Shown: one piece after another, positions 23,205-38,400 of the stretch
How the letters are laid out: each line of letters starts with the position of its first letter
Numbering within the stretch: position 1 is the first letter of the stretch
Source: Macrostomum hystrix
Taxonomy: Eukaryota; Animalia; Platyhelminthes
Length of the DNA stretch: 64,000 nucleotides
Assembly (NCBI GenBank): GCA_950097015.1
Contig: CATNEN010000038.1
Span: 22,258,001-22,322,000 of the forward strand
Direction of reading: 5' to 3'
Notes under the pieces: generated by a model
The model's database searches: none
The model's input: the letters and a program-made list of their open reading frames with translations, nothing else
Told to the model about the DNA's origin: nothing
Translations under genes and position numbers: made by a program

Positions 23205-24107
23205 TAAGCTAGGGGTGAGATTAGACAGGCGTGAGATGAAACTGGGTAGAGATGAGACAGGGTAGAGATGAGACAGGGTAGAGATGAGACAGGGTAGAGA
23301 TGAGACAGGGTAGAGATGAGACAGGGTAGAGATGAGACAGGGTAGAGATGAGACAGGGTAGAGATTCGACAGGGTAGAGATGAGACAGGGTAGAGATGAG
23401 ACAGGGTAGAGATTCGACAGGGTAGAGATGAGACAGGGTAGAGATGAGACAGGGTAGAGATGAGACAGGGTAGAGATGAGACAGGGTAGAGATGAGACAG
23501 GGTAGAGATGAGACAGGGTAGAGATGAGACAGGGTAGAGATGAGACAGGGTAGAGATGAGACAGGGTAGAGATGAGACAGGGTAGAGATGAGACAGGGTA
23601 GAGATGAGACAGGGTAGAGATGAGACAGGGTAGAGATGAGACAGGGTAGAGATGAGACAGGGTAGAGATGAGACTGGGTAGAGATGAGACTGGGTAGAGA
23701 TGAGACAGGGTAGAGATGAGACAGGGTAGAGATGAGACAGGGTAGAGATGAGACAGGGTAGAGATGAGACAGGGTAGAGATGAGACAGGGTAGAGATGAG
23801 ACAGGGTAGAGATGAGACAGGGTAGAGATGAGACAGGGTAGAGATGAGACAGGGTAGAGATGAGACAGGGTAGAGATGAGACAGGGTAGAGATGAGACAG
23901 GGTAGAGATGAGACAGGGTAGAGATGAGACAGGGTAGAGATGAGACTGGGTAGAGATGAGACAGGGTAGAGATGAGACAGGGTAGAGATGAGACAGGGTA
24001 GAGATGAGACAGGGTAGAGATGAGACAGGGTAGAGATGAGACAGGGTAGAGATGAGACAGGGTAGAGATGAGACAGGGTAGAGATTCGACAGGGTAGAGA
24101 TGAGACA
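23205..24107. repeat. 16-bp minisatellite (~55 copies)
   Basis: Unit GAGATGAGACAGGGTA. Confidence 0.95.
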
Positions 24108-24879
24108 GTGAGTTCATGAGTACCAGCTGGACAGGAGGGTGACATATTTCAAGTAGGCAGAGAAAACAATGCAACTTTCTAGGAAACTGAGTCTCTTCCG
24201 TGTCGCTAAGATTTCTCGCACCAACACCGGGGCTATATAGAGTCACAATGAAATTCATCACCCTGCAGTCGAATTACACGCTTTAGCTTGGCCATTAATT
24301 AATGCGCACTGTGTGGCAACTATAGCTGTCAGTTCTGATTATTTAAGAGGAATCTATACAGGCATAACTTTGACAAATAATAGTTTGACAAGGCTGACAC
24401 TATAAAACTATATGCAATCCTTAGCATAGCTCTGTTTCATAAATCATTAATCAGTCATTTATAATTGAAGCAAAACTATGATTGATCACTAGACACAACT
24501 GGCACACACTCACAATTGACAGCTTAAAATGACTGATTGGAGGTAGGAAATACTATTGCTAGGGTATTACTCAGTTAGTTAAGAAATACATGGAAATCAC
24601 TTTGTCAATTAGTGTCTATTTTGTGGTCGAAAATTACACTACACACGTTATTATAAATGTGTTCAAGTGTCTTAGCGCTATTTAGGAAATGTCAACGACG
24701 AGTAAGAATGTCATGACACAATAATTAAAGGGCAATTTTAGACCGAGATTTAAAAAAATAGTTTCAGAGCTTGTGAAATTTCTATATTTTTTATACCAAC
24801 ATTCTGAAAGATATTTCGAAATAAAGATTTAAGACCAACCTTTTAAAACTTCAACTACGCTTCAACTTCAACTAAGAGA

Positions 24880-26395
24880 AACAAGAAAGAGAACCAGAAG
24901 CAGGCTATAAACAGACATAAAACCGAAGAGAAACAGATGGGAAACAGACAGGAAACTGAATTAAAACATAGCAAACAGACGAGAAAGAGACTTAAAACAG
25001 AACAAGAAACAGAACAAGAACCGGACAAGAAACAGAACAAGAACCGGACAAGATACAGAACAAGAACCGGACAAGATACAGAACAAGAAACAGGCGAGAA
25101 ACAGAACAAGAAACTGGCTAGAAACAGAACAAGAAACAGAACAAGAAACAGGCTAGAAACAGAACTAGAAACAGAACAAGAAACTGGCTAGAAACAGAAC
25201 AAGAAACAGAACAAGAAACTGGCTAGAAACAGAACAAGAAACAGGCGAGAAGCAGAACAAGAAACAGAACAAGAAACCGGCTAGAAACAGAACAAGAAAC
25301 CGGCTAGAAACAGAACAAGAAACAGGCGAGAAACAGAACAAGAAACAGAACAAGAAACCGGCTAGAAACAGAACAAGAAACCGGCTAGAAACAGAACAAG
25401 AAACAGGCGAGAAACAGAACAAGAAACAGAACAAGAAACAGGCTAGAAACAGAACAAGAAACTGGCTAGAAAGAGAACAAGAAACAGGCTAGAAACAGAA
25501 CAAGAAACAGGCTAGAAACAGAACAAGAAACTGGCTAGAAACAGAACAAGAAACAGGCGAGAAAAAGAACAAGAAACAGAACAAGAAACCGGCTAGAAAC
25601 AGAACAAGAAACCGGCTAGAAACAGAACAAGAAACAGGCGAGAAACAGAACAAGAAACAGAACAAGAAACCGGCTAGAAACAGAACAAGAAACAGAACAA
25701 GAAACTGGCTAGAAAGAGAACAAGAAACAGGCTAGAAACAGAACAAGAAACAGGCTAGAAACAGAACAAGAAACTGGCTAGAAACAGAACAAGAAACAGG
25801 CTAGAAACAGAACAAGAAACTGGCTAGAAACAGAACAAGAAACTGGCTAGAAACAGAACAAGAAACTGGCTAGAAACAGAACAAGAAACAGAACAAGAAA
25901 CTGGCTAGAAACAGAACAAGAAACTGGCTAGAAACAGAACAAGAAACAGAACAAGAAACTGGCTAGAAACAGAACAAGAAACAGGCTAGAAACAGAACAA
26001 GAAACTGGCTAGAAACAGAACAAGAAACAGGCTAGAAACAGAACAAGAAACTGGCTAGAAACAGAACAAGAAACAGGCTAGAAACAGAACAAGAAACAGA
26101 ACAAGAAACAGGCTAGAAACAGAACAAGAAACAGAACAAGAAACAGAGCAAGAAACAGATGAGAAACAGACCAAGAAGCAGACTAAAAACAGACGAGAAA
26201 CAGACCAAGAAGCAGACTAAAAACAGACGAGAAACAGACCAAGAAGCAGACTAAAAACAGATGAGAAACAGACCAAGAAGCAGACTAAAAACAGACGAGA
26301 AACAGACCAAGAAGCAGATTAGAAACAGACGAGAAACATTTAAAGCAGAATAGAAACAGAGTAGAAACAGATTTAAAGCAGAATAGAAACAGACT
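24880..26395. repeat. 12-bp-unit variant satellite
   Basis: Alternating AGAAACAGAACA and AGAAAC(A/T/C)GGCT units with degenerate ends. Confidence 0.9.
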
Positions 26396-27263
26396 AGACA
26401 CCGTAGAAAGAAGAGAAAGCAAGTTCATAGGGACCTGATGTAGGTGAGGGATCTCAAACGCTGCATTGAATTCTCCCCTCAGCCACCAGAGCAACAGAGT
26501 CTACCCCTTTGACCTTCATTCCAACAGAATATTTACAATCGAGTGGCACTAGCTGCTGCTGTTGCTTTAGAATACATGCGACATACTATGGCTTTACTCT
26601 GTTGCTGGACTGTAACTTGTAAATTACTATTAGCTTGTTTTACAATTCAGTGTCTCTGGTGGCAATTTTTTCAAATGCTACATGGCACACACTTATACTG
26701 GTATATAAATAGTGTGCCATATAAGACTTTACGAGGCCATTCTCATGCTGTTTACAGACGAAATTTCTGTTCAAATGGATGTTGCAATGGCCTTATGGGA
26801 GCTTCAATAGGGAAGAGCTGTACGGCCTCGGTCTCTATAAAAGTGGGGTTTTACGATTTGCCTTTCAATCTAAAAAAACGCAAACTGAAAACAGTAAAAA
26901 AATATAGCTGTTCGCGAGGGCAGCTGTAAATGAATGCCGCGCAACATCCACGTTCTCTTTCGTGTATCGGACAAGGCTTTGGGATTTCTTCCCATTTTTC
27001 TCTTCCTCGCTGTTTGCACGCTATTTGGCTCATAAATTTTGCATATTTTCAGCGAATAAAACCCAACCCTTTTCAGGAACTGTAAAACAGTGTTTTATGG
27101 GTGGCTGGTAGTTATAACTTTACAATCTTTGCAACACATTTTTCAATTGGTGTCCGAATTGCGCTGAATATAATGAAAGGCAGCGTTTGTTAGTTTCGGC
27201 ATTTAGTCTTCCGCAAACTTCTACCTCCTGTCCATCGCGTTTTTTTAAAAGAAATTTCAAGAC

Positions 27264-27858
27264 ATCTCTTCTCACACCTATTTCACTTCACTTCTCACAC
27301 CGATCTCACTTCTCATCTCACAACTATCTCACATCTCTACTCACACCTAATCTCATTTCTCTACTCACACCTATCTCACGTCTCTTCTCACACCTATTTC
27401 ACTTCTCATCTCACAACTATCTCACATCTCTACTCACACCTAATCTCATTTCTCTACTTACACCTATCTCACGTCTCTTCTCACACCTATTTCACTTCTC
27501 ATCTCACAACTATCTCACATCTCTACTCACACCTAATCTCATTTCTCTACTCACACCTATCTCACGTCTCTTCTCACACCTATTTCACTTCTCATCTCAC
27601 AACTATCTCACATCTCTACTCACACCTAATCTCATTTCTCTACTCACACCTATCTCACATCTCTACTCACGCCTAATCTCATTTCTCTACTCACACCTAT
27701 CTCACGTCTCTTCTCACACCTATTTCACTTCTCTTCTCACACCTATCTCACAGCCACTTCTCACACCTATCTCACAGCCACTTCTCACACCTATTTCACA
27801 GCCACTTCTCACACCTATCTCACGTCTCTTCTCACACCTATCTCACTTCTCATCTCAC
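27264..27858. repeat. Pyrimidine-rich ~23-bp repeat with a 93-bp higher-order unit
   Basis: Variants of CTCACACCTATCTCAC...; 31-aa periodicity in the spurious ORF. Confidence 0.85.
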
Positions 27859-28377
27859 AAGTTCGCTTGTGAACACATTCAATAATGTAATTTATTCACT
27901 TGTTTGCTGAAATGAAGCACTAGAATAAATTGTTGTGAATGCCATTAATTCTTAGTTTACTTCAATCTGCTATCGTATCTCTATCTATATCTATCTATAG
28001 CCTGTCTGTCTAACTGTAGAATCCCTCGGAGTGCAATGGCGGCATAGATCAAAGAGAATGCCGCAAGAGACAATTTATGCAAACCCAGACCCCGCGTGGA
28101 GGCAGTTTCAACTGCGAAATAGAAAATGATTTATTGTGCTTTAGATAATGTTTAACTCTAGTTTCAGCGGCTGTAAAACAATAAATAAACCTTTATTGGA
28201 GTTTTTGTTCCAATGTTCAATTAGCGCTATAAAAAAGAGTACCAATTTTGCGTCAATACAAAACCTCTAACTTTGAACAAGTAGTCCAGTTTAACAAGAA
28301 AGTTGTTTTACTTTTTCATTTTAATTACTTTTGTAAAGTGAAATCAACTTTTAAACTAGGTAACTAAAAATAAATAA

Positions 28378-28856
28378 GGAAACTACAGGTAAACTTGTAG
28401 AAAACTACAGGTAAACTTGTAGAAAACTACAGGTAAACTTGTAGAAAACTACAGGTAAACTTGTAGAAAACTACAGGTAAACTTATAGAAAACTACAGGT
28501 AAACTTGTAGAAAACTACAGGTAAACTTGTAGAAAACTACAGGTAAACTTGTAGAAAACTACAGGTAAACTTGTAGAAAACTACAGGTAAACTAGGAAAC
28601 TGCAGGTAAACAGGGAAACTACAGGTAAACTTATAGAAAACTACAGGTAAACTTGTAGAAAACTACAGGTAAACTAGGAAACTGCAGGTAAACAGGGAAA
28701 CTACAGGTAAACTTATAGAAAACTACAGGTAAACTTGTAGAAAACTACAGGTAAACTAGGAAACTGCAGGTAAACAGGGAAACTACAGGTAAACTTATAG
28801 AAAACTACAGGTAAACTTATAGAAAACTACAGGTAAACAATGAAAAACTGGTAAAC
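28378..28856. repeat. 22-bp minisatellite
   Basis: Unit GAAAACTACAGGTAAACTTGTA. Confidence 0.93.
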
Positions 28857-29460
28857 TGAGATACTAAATACAAATAGGGTAATTTAGAAAACCTCCACGT
28901 GCAAACTGGTCAGCAATATGCTACGTCGTAAAATTGGCCAATGGTTCGAAACTTTAAAATCGATGCGTTTGAAATTAAATTTCTATGAGCAAAATCTGAG
29001 ACATTGCTGCGCATAACTTAAAGCATTTTGTTTGAGTCCTTTTATACAGGAAAAGCATTGGCTTTGAATTTTGACAACGAGCCGCCACTGTCAGCCTTCG
29101 AGGCGATCGATAATTTCCGTTTGAATATTTTAATTATTGACACTGCTTTATCAAAGAAGACTTAGAATTGTCTCAAACACAGTTAGGCTATCTTTATTCA
29201 ACAATTGGTGGGTGAAATATGCATTAACAATTCTCTTTCTCGGCATTTAAAATTGTGGGCTGCAAATATTAAAAACACTCGACAGAGAGCTTGGAGTTAG
29301 TTTGGAGTGCTCTAAAAAATCTGCTAGTGCTGCGAGCTCTCAGAGCTGCTTTTAAAATTGTGCACCTTTTTAAATCCCATTTTTACTACAAGTATTGATC
29401 TGTTGGCACAGAATGCAACAGACATACATAGAAAAAAGAGGGGCAGAGACAAAAGAGGGA

Positions 29461-32400
29461 ACAGAGATAATGAGAGACAGCGATAAAGAGAGACAGAGAT
29501 AAAGAGAGACAGAGATAAAGAGAGACAGAGATAAAGAGAGACAGAGATAAAGAGAGACAGAGATAAAGAGAGACAGCGATAAAGAGAGACAGAGATAAGG
29601 AGAGACAGAGATAAAGAGAGAAGGAGATAAAGAGAGAAGGAGATAAAGAGAGAAGGAGATAAAGAGAGACAGAGATAAAGAGAGAAGGAGATAGAGAGAG
29701 ACAGACATAATAAGAGACAGAGATAAAGAGAGACAGAGATAAAGAGAGACAGAGATAAAGAGAGACAGAGATAAAGAGAGACAGAGATAAAGAGAGAAGG
29801 AGATAGAGAGAGACAGACATAATAAGAGACAGAGATAATGAGAGACAGAGATAAAGAGAGACAGAGATAAAGAGAGAAGGAGATAGAGAGAGACAGACAT
29901 AATAAGAGACAGAGATAATGAGAGACAGAGATAAAGAGAGACAGAGATAATGAGAGACAGAGATAATGAGAGACAGAGATAATGAGAGACAGAGATAATG
30001 AGAGACAGAGATAAAGAGAGACAGAGATAAAGAGAGACAGAGATAATGAGAGACAGAGATAATGAGAGACAGAGATAATGAGAGACAGAGATAATGAGAG
30101 ACAGAGATAATGAGAGACAGAGATAATGAGAGACAGAGATAATGAGAGACAGAGATAATGAGAGACAGAGATAATGAGAGACAGCGATAAAGAGAGACAG
30201 AGATAAAGAGAGACAGAGATAAAGAGAGACAGAGATAAAGAGAGACAGAGATAAAGAGAGACAGAGATAAAGAGAGACAGAGATAAAGAGAGACAGCGAT
30301 AAAGAGAGACAGAGATAAAGAGAGACAGAGATAATAAGAGACAGAGATAAAGAGAGAAGGAGATAAAGAGAGAAGGAGATAAAGAGAGAAGGAGATAAAG
30401 AGAGAAGGAGATAAAGAGAGAAGGAGATAAAGAGAGACAGAGATAAAGAGAGAAGGAGATAGAGAGAGACAGACATAATAAGAGACAGAGATAAAGAGAG
30501 ACAGAGATAAAGAGAGACAGAGATAAAGAGAGACAGAGATAAAGAGAGAAGGAGATAGAGAGAGACAGACATAATAAGAGACAGAGATAATGAGAGACAG
30601 AGATAAAGAGAGACAGAGATAAAGAGAGAAGGAGATAGAGAGAGACAGAGATAAAGAGAGACAGAGATAAAGAGAGACAGAGATAAAGAGAGACAGAGAT
30701 AAAGAGAGACAGAGATAAAGAGAGAAGGAGATAGAGAGAGACAGACATAATGAGAGACAGAGATAATGAGAGACAGAGATAATGAGAGACAGAGATAATG
30801 AGAGACAGACATAATAAGAGACAGAGATAATGAGAGACAGAGATAAAGAGAGACAGAGATAAAGAGAGACAGAGATAAAGAGAGACAGAGATAAAGAGAG
30901 ACAGAGATAAAGAGAGACAGAGATAAAGAGAGACAGAGATAAAGAGAGACAGAGATAATGAGAGACAGAGATAAAGAGAGACAGAGATAAAGAGAGCAGA
31001 GATAATGAGAGACAGAGATAATGAGAGACAGAGATAATGAGAGACAGAGATAATGAGAGACAGAGATAAAGAGAGACAGAGATAATGAGAGAAGGAGATA
31101 AAGAGAGACAGAGATAAAGAGAGACAGAGATAAAGAGAGACAGAGATAATGAGAGACAGAGATTAAGAGAGACAGAGATAAAGAGAGACAGAGATAAATA
31201 GAGACAGAGATAATGAGAGACAGAGATTAAGAGAGACAGAGATAAAGAGAGACAGAGATAATGAGAGACAGAGATAATGAGAGACAGAGATAATGAGAGA
31301 AGGAGATAGAGAGAGACAGAGATAAAGAGAGACAGAGATAAAGAGAGACAGAGATAAAGAGAGACAGAGATAAAGAGAGACAGAGATAAAGAGAGACAGA
31401 GATAAAGAGAGACAGAGATAAAGAGAGACAGAGATAAAGAGAGACAGAGATAATGAGAGACAGAGATAATGAGAGACAGAGATAATAAGAGACAGAGATA
31501 AAGAGAGACAGAGATAATGAGAGACAGAGATAAAGAGAGACAGAGATAATAAGAGACAGAGATAATAAGAGACAGAGATAAAGAGAGACAGAGACAAAGA
31601 GAGACAGACATAAAGAGAGAAGGAGATAAAGAGAGACAGAGATAATGAGAGACAGAGATAAAGAGAGACAGAGATAATAAGAGACAGAGATAATAAGAGA
31701 CAGAGATAAAGAGAGACAGAGATAATAAGAGACAGAGATAATAAGAGACAGAGATAAAGAGAGACAGAGATAATAAGAGACAGAGATAATAAGAGACAGA
31801 GATAAAGAGAGACAGAGATAATAAGAGACAGAGATAAAGAGAGAAGGAGATAAAGAGAGACAGAGATAAAGAGAGAAGGAGATAAAGAGAGACAGAGATA
31901 AAGAGAGAAGGAGATAAAGAGAGACAGAGATAAAGAGAGACAGAGATAAAGAGAGACAGACATAAAGAGAGAAGGAGATAAAGAGAGACAGAGATAAAGA
32001 GAGACAGAGATAATGAGAGACAGAGATAAAGAGAGACAGAGATAATAAGAGACAGAGATAATAAGAGACAGAGATAAAGAGAGACAGAGATAAAGAGAGA
32101 CAGACATAAAGAGAGAAGGAGATAAAGAGAGACAGAGATAATGAGAGACAGAGATAAAGAGAGACAGAGATAATAAGAGACAGAGATAATAAGAGACAGA
32201 GATAAAGAGAGACAGAGATAATAAGAGACAGAGATAATAAGAGACAGAGATAAAGAGAGACAGAGATAATAAGAGACAGAGATAATAAGAGACAGAGATA
32301 AAGAGAGACAGAGATAATAAGAGACAGAGATAAAGAGAGAAGGAGATAAAGAGAGACAGAGATAAAGAGAGACAGAGATAAAGAGAGACAGAGATAAAGA

Positions 32401-35400
32401 GAGACAGAGATAATGAGAGACAGAGATAATAAGAGACAGAGATAAAGAGAGACAGAGATAATAAGAGACAGAGATAATAAGAGACAGAGATAAAGAGAGA
32501 CAGAGATAATAAGAGACAGAGATAATTAGAGACAGAGATAATGAGAGACAGAGATAAAGAGAGACAGAGATAATAAGAGACAGAGATAATGAGAGACAGA
32601 GATAAAGAGAGACAGAGATAATAAGAGACAGAGATAATAAGAGACAGAGATAAAGAGAGAAGGAGATAAAGAGAGACAGAGATAAAGAGAGACAGAGATA
32701 AAGAGAGACAGAGATAATAAGAGACAGAGATAATAAGAGTCAGAGATAAAGAGAGACAGAGATAATAAGAGACAGAGATAATAAGAGACAGAGATAAAGA
32801 GAGACAGAGATAATAAGAGACAGAGATAATAAGAGACAGAGATAATGAGAGACAGAGATAAAGAGAGACAGAGATAATAAGAGACAGAGATAATGAGAGA
32901 CAGAGATAAAGAGAGACAGAGATAATAAGAGACAGAGATAATAAGAGACAGAGATAAAGAGAGACAGAGATAATAAGAGACAGAGATAATAAGAGACAGA
33001 GATAAAGAGAGACAGAGATAATAAGAGACAGAGATAATAAGAGACAGAGATAATAAGAGACAGAGATAATAAGAGACAGAGATAAAGAGAGACAGAGATA
33101 AAGAGAGACAGAGATAAAGAGAGACAGACATAAAGAGAGAAGGAGATAAAGAGAGACAGAGATAATAAGAGACAGAGATAAGGAGAGACAGAGATAAAGA
33201 GAGACAGACATAAAGAGAGAAGGAGATAAAGAGAGACAGAGATAATGAGAGACAGAGATAAAGAGAGACAGAGATAAAGAGAGACAGAGATAAAGAGAGA
33301 CAGAGATAAAGAGAGACAGAGATAAAGAGAGACAGAGATAATGAGAGACAGAGATAAAGAGAGAAGGAGATAAAGAGAGACAGAGATAAAGAGAGACAGA
33401 GATAATGAGAGACAGAGATAAAGAGAGACAGAGATAAAGAGAGACAGACATAAAGAGAGAAGGAGATAAAGAGAGACAGAGATAATAAGAGACAGAGATA
33501 AAGAGAGACAGAGATAAAGAGAGACAGAGATAAAGAGAGACAGAGATAAAGATAGACAGACATAAAGAGAGAAGGAGATAAAGAGAGACAGAGATAAAGA
33601 GAGACAGAGATAAAGAGAGACAGAGATAATGAGAGACAGAGATAATGAGAGACAGAGATAATAAGAGACAGAGATAATAAGAGACAGAGATAAAGAGAGA
33701 CAGAGATAATAAGAGACAGAGATAATAAGAGACAGAGATAAAGAGAGACAGAGATAATAAGAGACAGAGATAATAAGAGACAGAGATAAAGAGAGACAGA
33801 GATAATAAGAGACAGAGATAATAAGAGACAGAGATAATGAGAGACAGAGATAAAGAGAGACAGAGATAATAAGAGACAGAGATAATGAGAGACAGAGATA
33901 AAGAGAGACAGAGATAATAAGAGACAGAGATAAAGAGAGACAGAGATAAAGAGAGACAGAGATAATGAGAGACAGAGATAATAAGAGACAGAGATAATAA
34001 GAGACAGAGATAAAGAGAGACAGAGATAATAAGAGACAGAGATAATAAGAGACAGAGATAAAGAGAGACAGAGATAATAAGAGACAGAGATAATAAGAGA
34101 CAGAGATAAAGAGAGACAGAGATAATAAGAGACAGAGATAATAAGAGACAGAGATAATGAGAGACAGAGATAAAGAGAGACAGAGATAATAAGAGACAGA
34201 GATAATGAGAGACAGAGATAAAGAGAGACAGAGATAATAAGAGACAGAGATAATAAGAGACAGAGATAAAGAGAGACAGAGATAATAAGAGACAGAGATA
34301 ATAAGAGACAGAGATAATAAGAGACAGAGATAAAGAGAGACAGAGATAATAAGAGACAGAGATAATAAGAGACAGAGATAAAGAGAGACAGAGATAATAA
34401 GAGACAGAGATAATAAGAGACAGAGATAAAGAGAGACAGAGATAAAGAGAGACAGAGATAATGAGAGACAGAGATTAAGAGAGACAGAGATAAAGAGAGA
34501 CAGAGATAAATAGAGACAGAGATAATGAGAGACAGAGATAAAGAGAGACAGAGATAATAAGAGACAGAGATAATGAGAGACAGAGATAAAGAGAGACAGA
34601 GATAATAAGAGACAGAGATAAAGAGAGACAGAGATAAAGAGAGACAGAGATAATGAGAGACAGAGATAATAAGAGACAGAGATAATAAGAGACAGAGATA
34701 AAGAGAGACAGAGATAATAAGAGACAGAGATAATAAGAGACAGAGATAAAGAGAGACAGAGATAAAGAGAGACAGACATAAAGAGAGAAGGAGATAAAGA
34801 GAGACAGAGATAATGAGAGACAGAGATAAAGAGAGACAGAGATAATAAGAGACAGAGATAATAAGAGACAGAGATAAAGAGAGACAGAGATAATAAGAGA
34901 CAGAGATAATAAGAGACAGAGATAATAAGAGACAGAGATAATAAGAGACAGAGATAATAAGAGACAGAGATAAAGAGAGACAGAGATAATAAGAGACAGA
35001 GATAAAGAGAGAAGGAGATAAAGAGAGACAGAGATAAAGAGAGACAGAGATAATAAGAGACAGAGATAATGAGAGACAGAGATAAAGAGAGACAGAGATA
35101 ATAAGAGACAGAGATAATAAGAGACAGAGATAAAGAGAGAAGGAGATAAAGAGAGACAGAGATAAAGAGAGACAGAGATAAAGAGAGACAGAGATAATAA
35201 GAGACAGAGATAAAGAGAGACAGAGATAATGAGAGACAGAGATAATAAGAGACAGAGATAAAGAGAGACAGAGATAATAAGAGACAGAGATAATAAGAGA
35301 CAGAGATAAAGAGAGACAGAGATAATAAGAGACAGAGATAATAAGAGACAGAGATAATGAGAGACAGAGATAAAGAGAGACAGAGATAATAAGAGACAGA

Positions 35401-38400
35401 GATAATGAGAGACAGAGATAAAGAGAGACAGAGATAATAAGAGACAGAGATAATAAGAGACAGAGATAAAGAGAGAAGGAGATAAAGAGAGACAGAGATA
35501 AAGAGAGACAGAGATAAAGAGAGACAGAGATAATAAGAGACAGAGATAATAAGAGTCAGAGATAAAGAGAGACAGAGATAATAAGAGACAGAGATAATAA
35601 GAGACAGAGATAAAGAGAGACAGAGATAATAAGAGACAGAGATAATGAGAGACAGAGATAAAGAGAGACAGAGATAATAAGAGACAGAGATAATGAGAGA
35701 CAGAGATAAAGAGAGACAGAGATAATAAGAGACAGAGATAATAAGAGACAGAGATAAAGAGAGACAGAGATAATAAGAGACAGAGATAATAAGAGACAGA
35801 GATAAAGAGAGACAGAGATAATAAGAGACAGAGATAATAAGAGACAGAGATAATAAGAGACAGAGATAATAAGAGACAGAGATAAAGAGAGACAGAGATA
35901 AAGAGAGACAGAGATAAAGAGAGACAGAGATAAAGAGAGACAGAGATAAAGAGAGACAGAGATAAAGAGAGACAGAGACAAAGAGAGACAGAGATAAAGA
36001 GAGACAGACATAAAGAGAGAAGGAGATAAAGAGAGACAGAGATAATGAGAGACAGAGATAAAGAGAGACAGAGATAAAGAGAGACAGAGATAAAGAGAGA
36101 CAGAGATAAAGAGAGACAGAGATAAAGAGAGACAGAGATAATGAGAGACAGAGATAAAGAGAGAAGGAGATAAAGAGAGACAGAGATAAAGAGAGACAGA
36201 GATAATGAGAGACAGAGATAAAGAGAGACAGAGATAAAGAGAGACAGACATAAAGAGAGAAGGAGATAAAGAGAGACAGAGATAATAAGAGACAGAGATA
36301 AAGAGAGACAGAGATAAAGAGAGACAGAGATAAAGAGAGACAGAGATAAAGATAGACAGACATAAAGAGAGAAGGAGATAAAGAGAGACAGAGATAAAGA
36401 GAGACAGAGATAAAGAGGGACAGAGATAATGAGAGACAGAGATAATGAGAGACAGAGATAATGAGAGACAGAGATAAAGAGAGACAGAGATAAAGAGAGA
36501 CAGAGATAAAGAGAGACAGAGATAAAGAGAGAAGGAGATAAAGAGAGACAGAGATAAAGAGAGACAGAGATAAAGAGAGACAGACATAAAGAGAGAAGGA
36601 GATAAAGAGAGACAGAGATAATAAGAGACAGAGATAATAAGAGACAGAGATAAAGAGAGACAGAGATAAAGAGAGACAGAGATAAAGAGAGACAGAGATA
36701 ATGAGAGACAGAGATAATAAGAGACAGAGATAATAAGAGACAGAGATAAAGAGAGACAGAGATAATAAGAGACAGAGATAATAAGAGACAGAGATAAAGA
36801 GAGACAGAGATAATAAGAGACAGAGATAATAAGAGACAGAGATAAAGAGAGACAGAGATAATAAGAGACAGAGATAATAAGAGACAGAGATAATGAGAGA
36901 CAGAGATAAAGAGAGACAGAGATAATAAGAGACAGAGATAATAAGAGACAGAGATAAAGAGAGACAGAGATAATAAGAGACAGAGATAATAAGAGACAGA
37001 GATAAAGAGAGACAGAGATAATAAGAGACAGAGATAATAAGAGACAGAGATAATGAGAGACAGAGATAAAGAGAGACAGAGATAATAAGAGACAGAGATA
37101 ATGAGAGACAGAGATAAAGAGAGACAGAGATAATAAGAGACAGAGATAATAAGAGACAGAGATAAAGAGACAGAGATAATAAGAGACAGAGATAATAAGA
37201 GACAGAGATAATAAGAGACAGAGATAAAGAGAGACAGAGATAATAAGAGACAGAGATAATAAGAGACAGAGATAAAGAGAGACAGAGATAATAAGAGACA
37301 GAGATAATAAGAGACAGAGATAATAAGAGACAGAGATAAAGAGAGACAGAGATAATAAGAGACAGAGATAATAAGAGACAGAGATAAAGAGAGACAGAGA
37401 TAAAGAGAGACAGACATAAAGAGAGAAGGAGATAAAGAGAGACAGAGATAATGAGAGACAGAGATAAAGAGAGACAGAGATAATAAGAGACAGAGATAAT
37501 AAGAGACAGAGATAAAGAGAGACAGAGATAATAAGAGACAGAGATAATAAGAGACAGAGATAATAAGAGACAGAGATAATAAGAGACAGAGATAATAAGA
37601 GACAGAGATAAAGAGAGACAGAGATAATAAGAGACAGAGATAAAGAGAGAAGGAGATAAAGAGAGACAGAGATAAAGAGAGACAGAGATAATAAGAGACA
37701 GAGATAATGAGAGACAGAGATAAAGAGAGACAGAGATAATAAGAGACAGAGATAATAAGAGACAGAGATAAAGAGAGAAGGAGATAAAGAGAGACAGAGA
37801 TAAAGAGAGACAGAGATAAAGAGAGACAGAGATAATAAGAGACAGAGATAAAGAGAGACAGAGATAATGAGAGACAGAGATAATAAGAGACAGAGATAAA
37901 GAGAGACAGAGATAATAAGAGACAGAGATAATAAGAGACAGAGATAAAGAGAGACAGAGATAATAAGAGACAGAGATAATAAGAGACAGAGATAATGAGA
38001 GACAGAGATAAAGAGAGACAGAGATAATAAGAGACAGAGATAATGAGAGACAGAGATAAAGAGAGACAGAGATAATAAGAGACAGAGATAATAAGAGACA
38101 GAGATAAAGAGAGAAGGAGATAAAGAGAGACAGAGATAAAGAGAGACAGAGATAAAGAGAGACAGAGATAATAAGAGACAGAGATAATAAGAGTCAGAGA
38201 TAAAGAGAGACAGAGATAATAAGAGACAGAGATAATAAGAGACAGAGATAAAGAGAGACAGAGATAATAAGAGACAGAGATAATGAGAGACAGAGATAAA
38301 GAGAGACAGAGATAATAAGAGACAGAGATAATGAGAGACAGAGATAAAGAGAGACAGAGATAATAAGAGACAGAGATAATAAGAGACAGAGATAAAGAGA

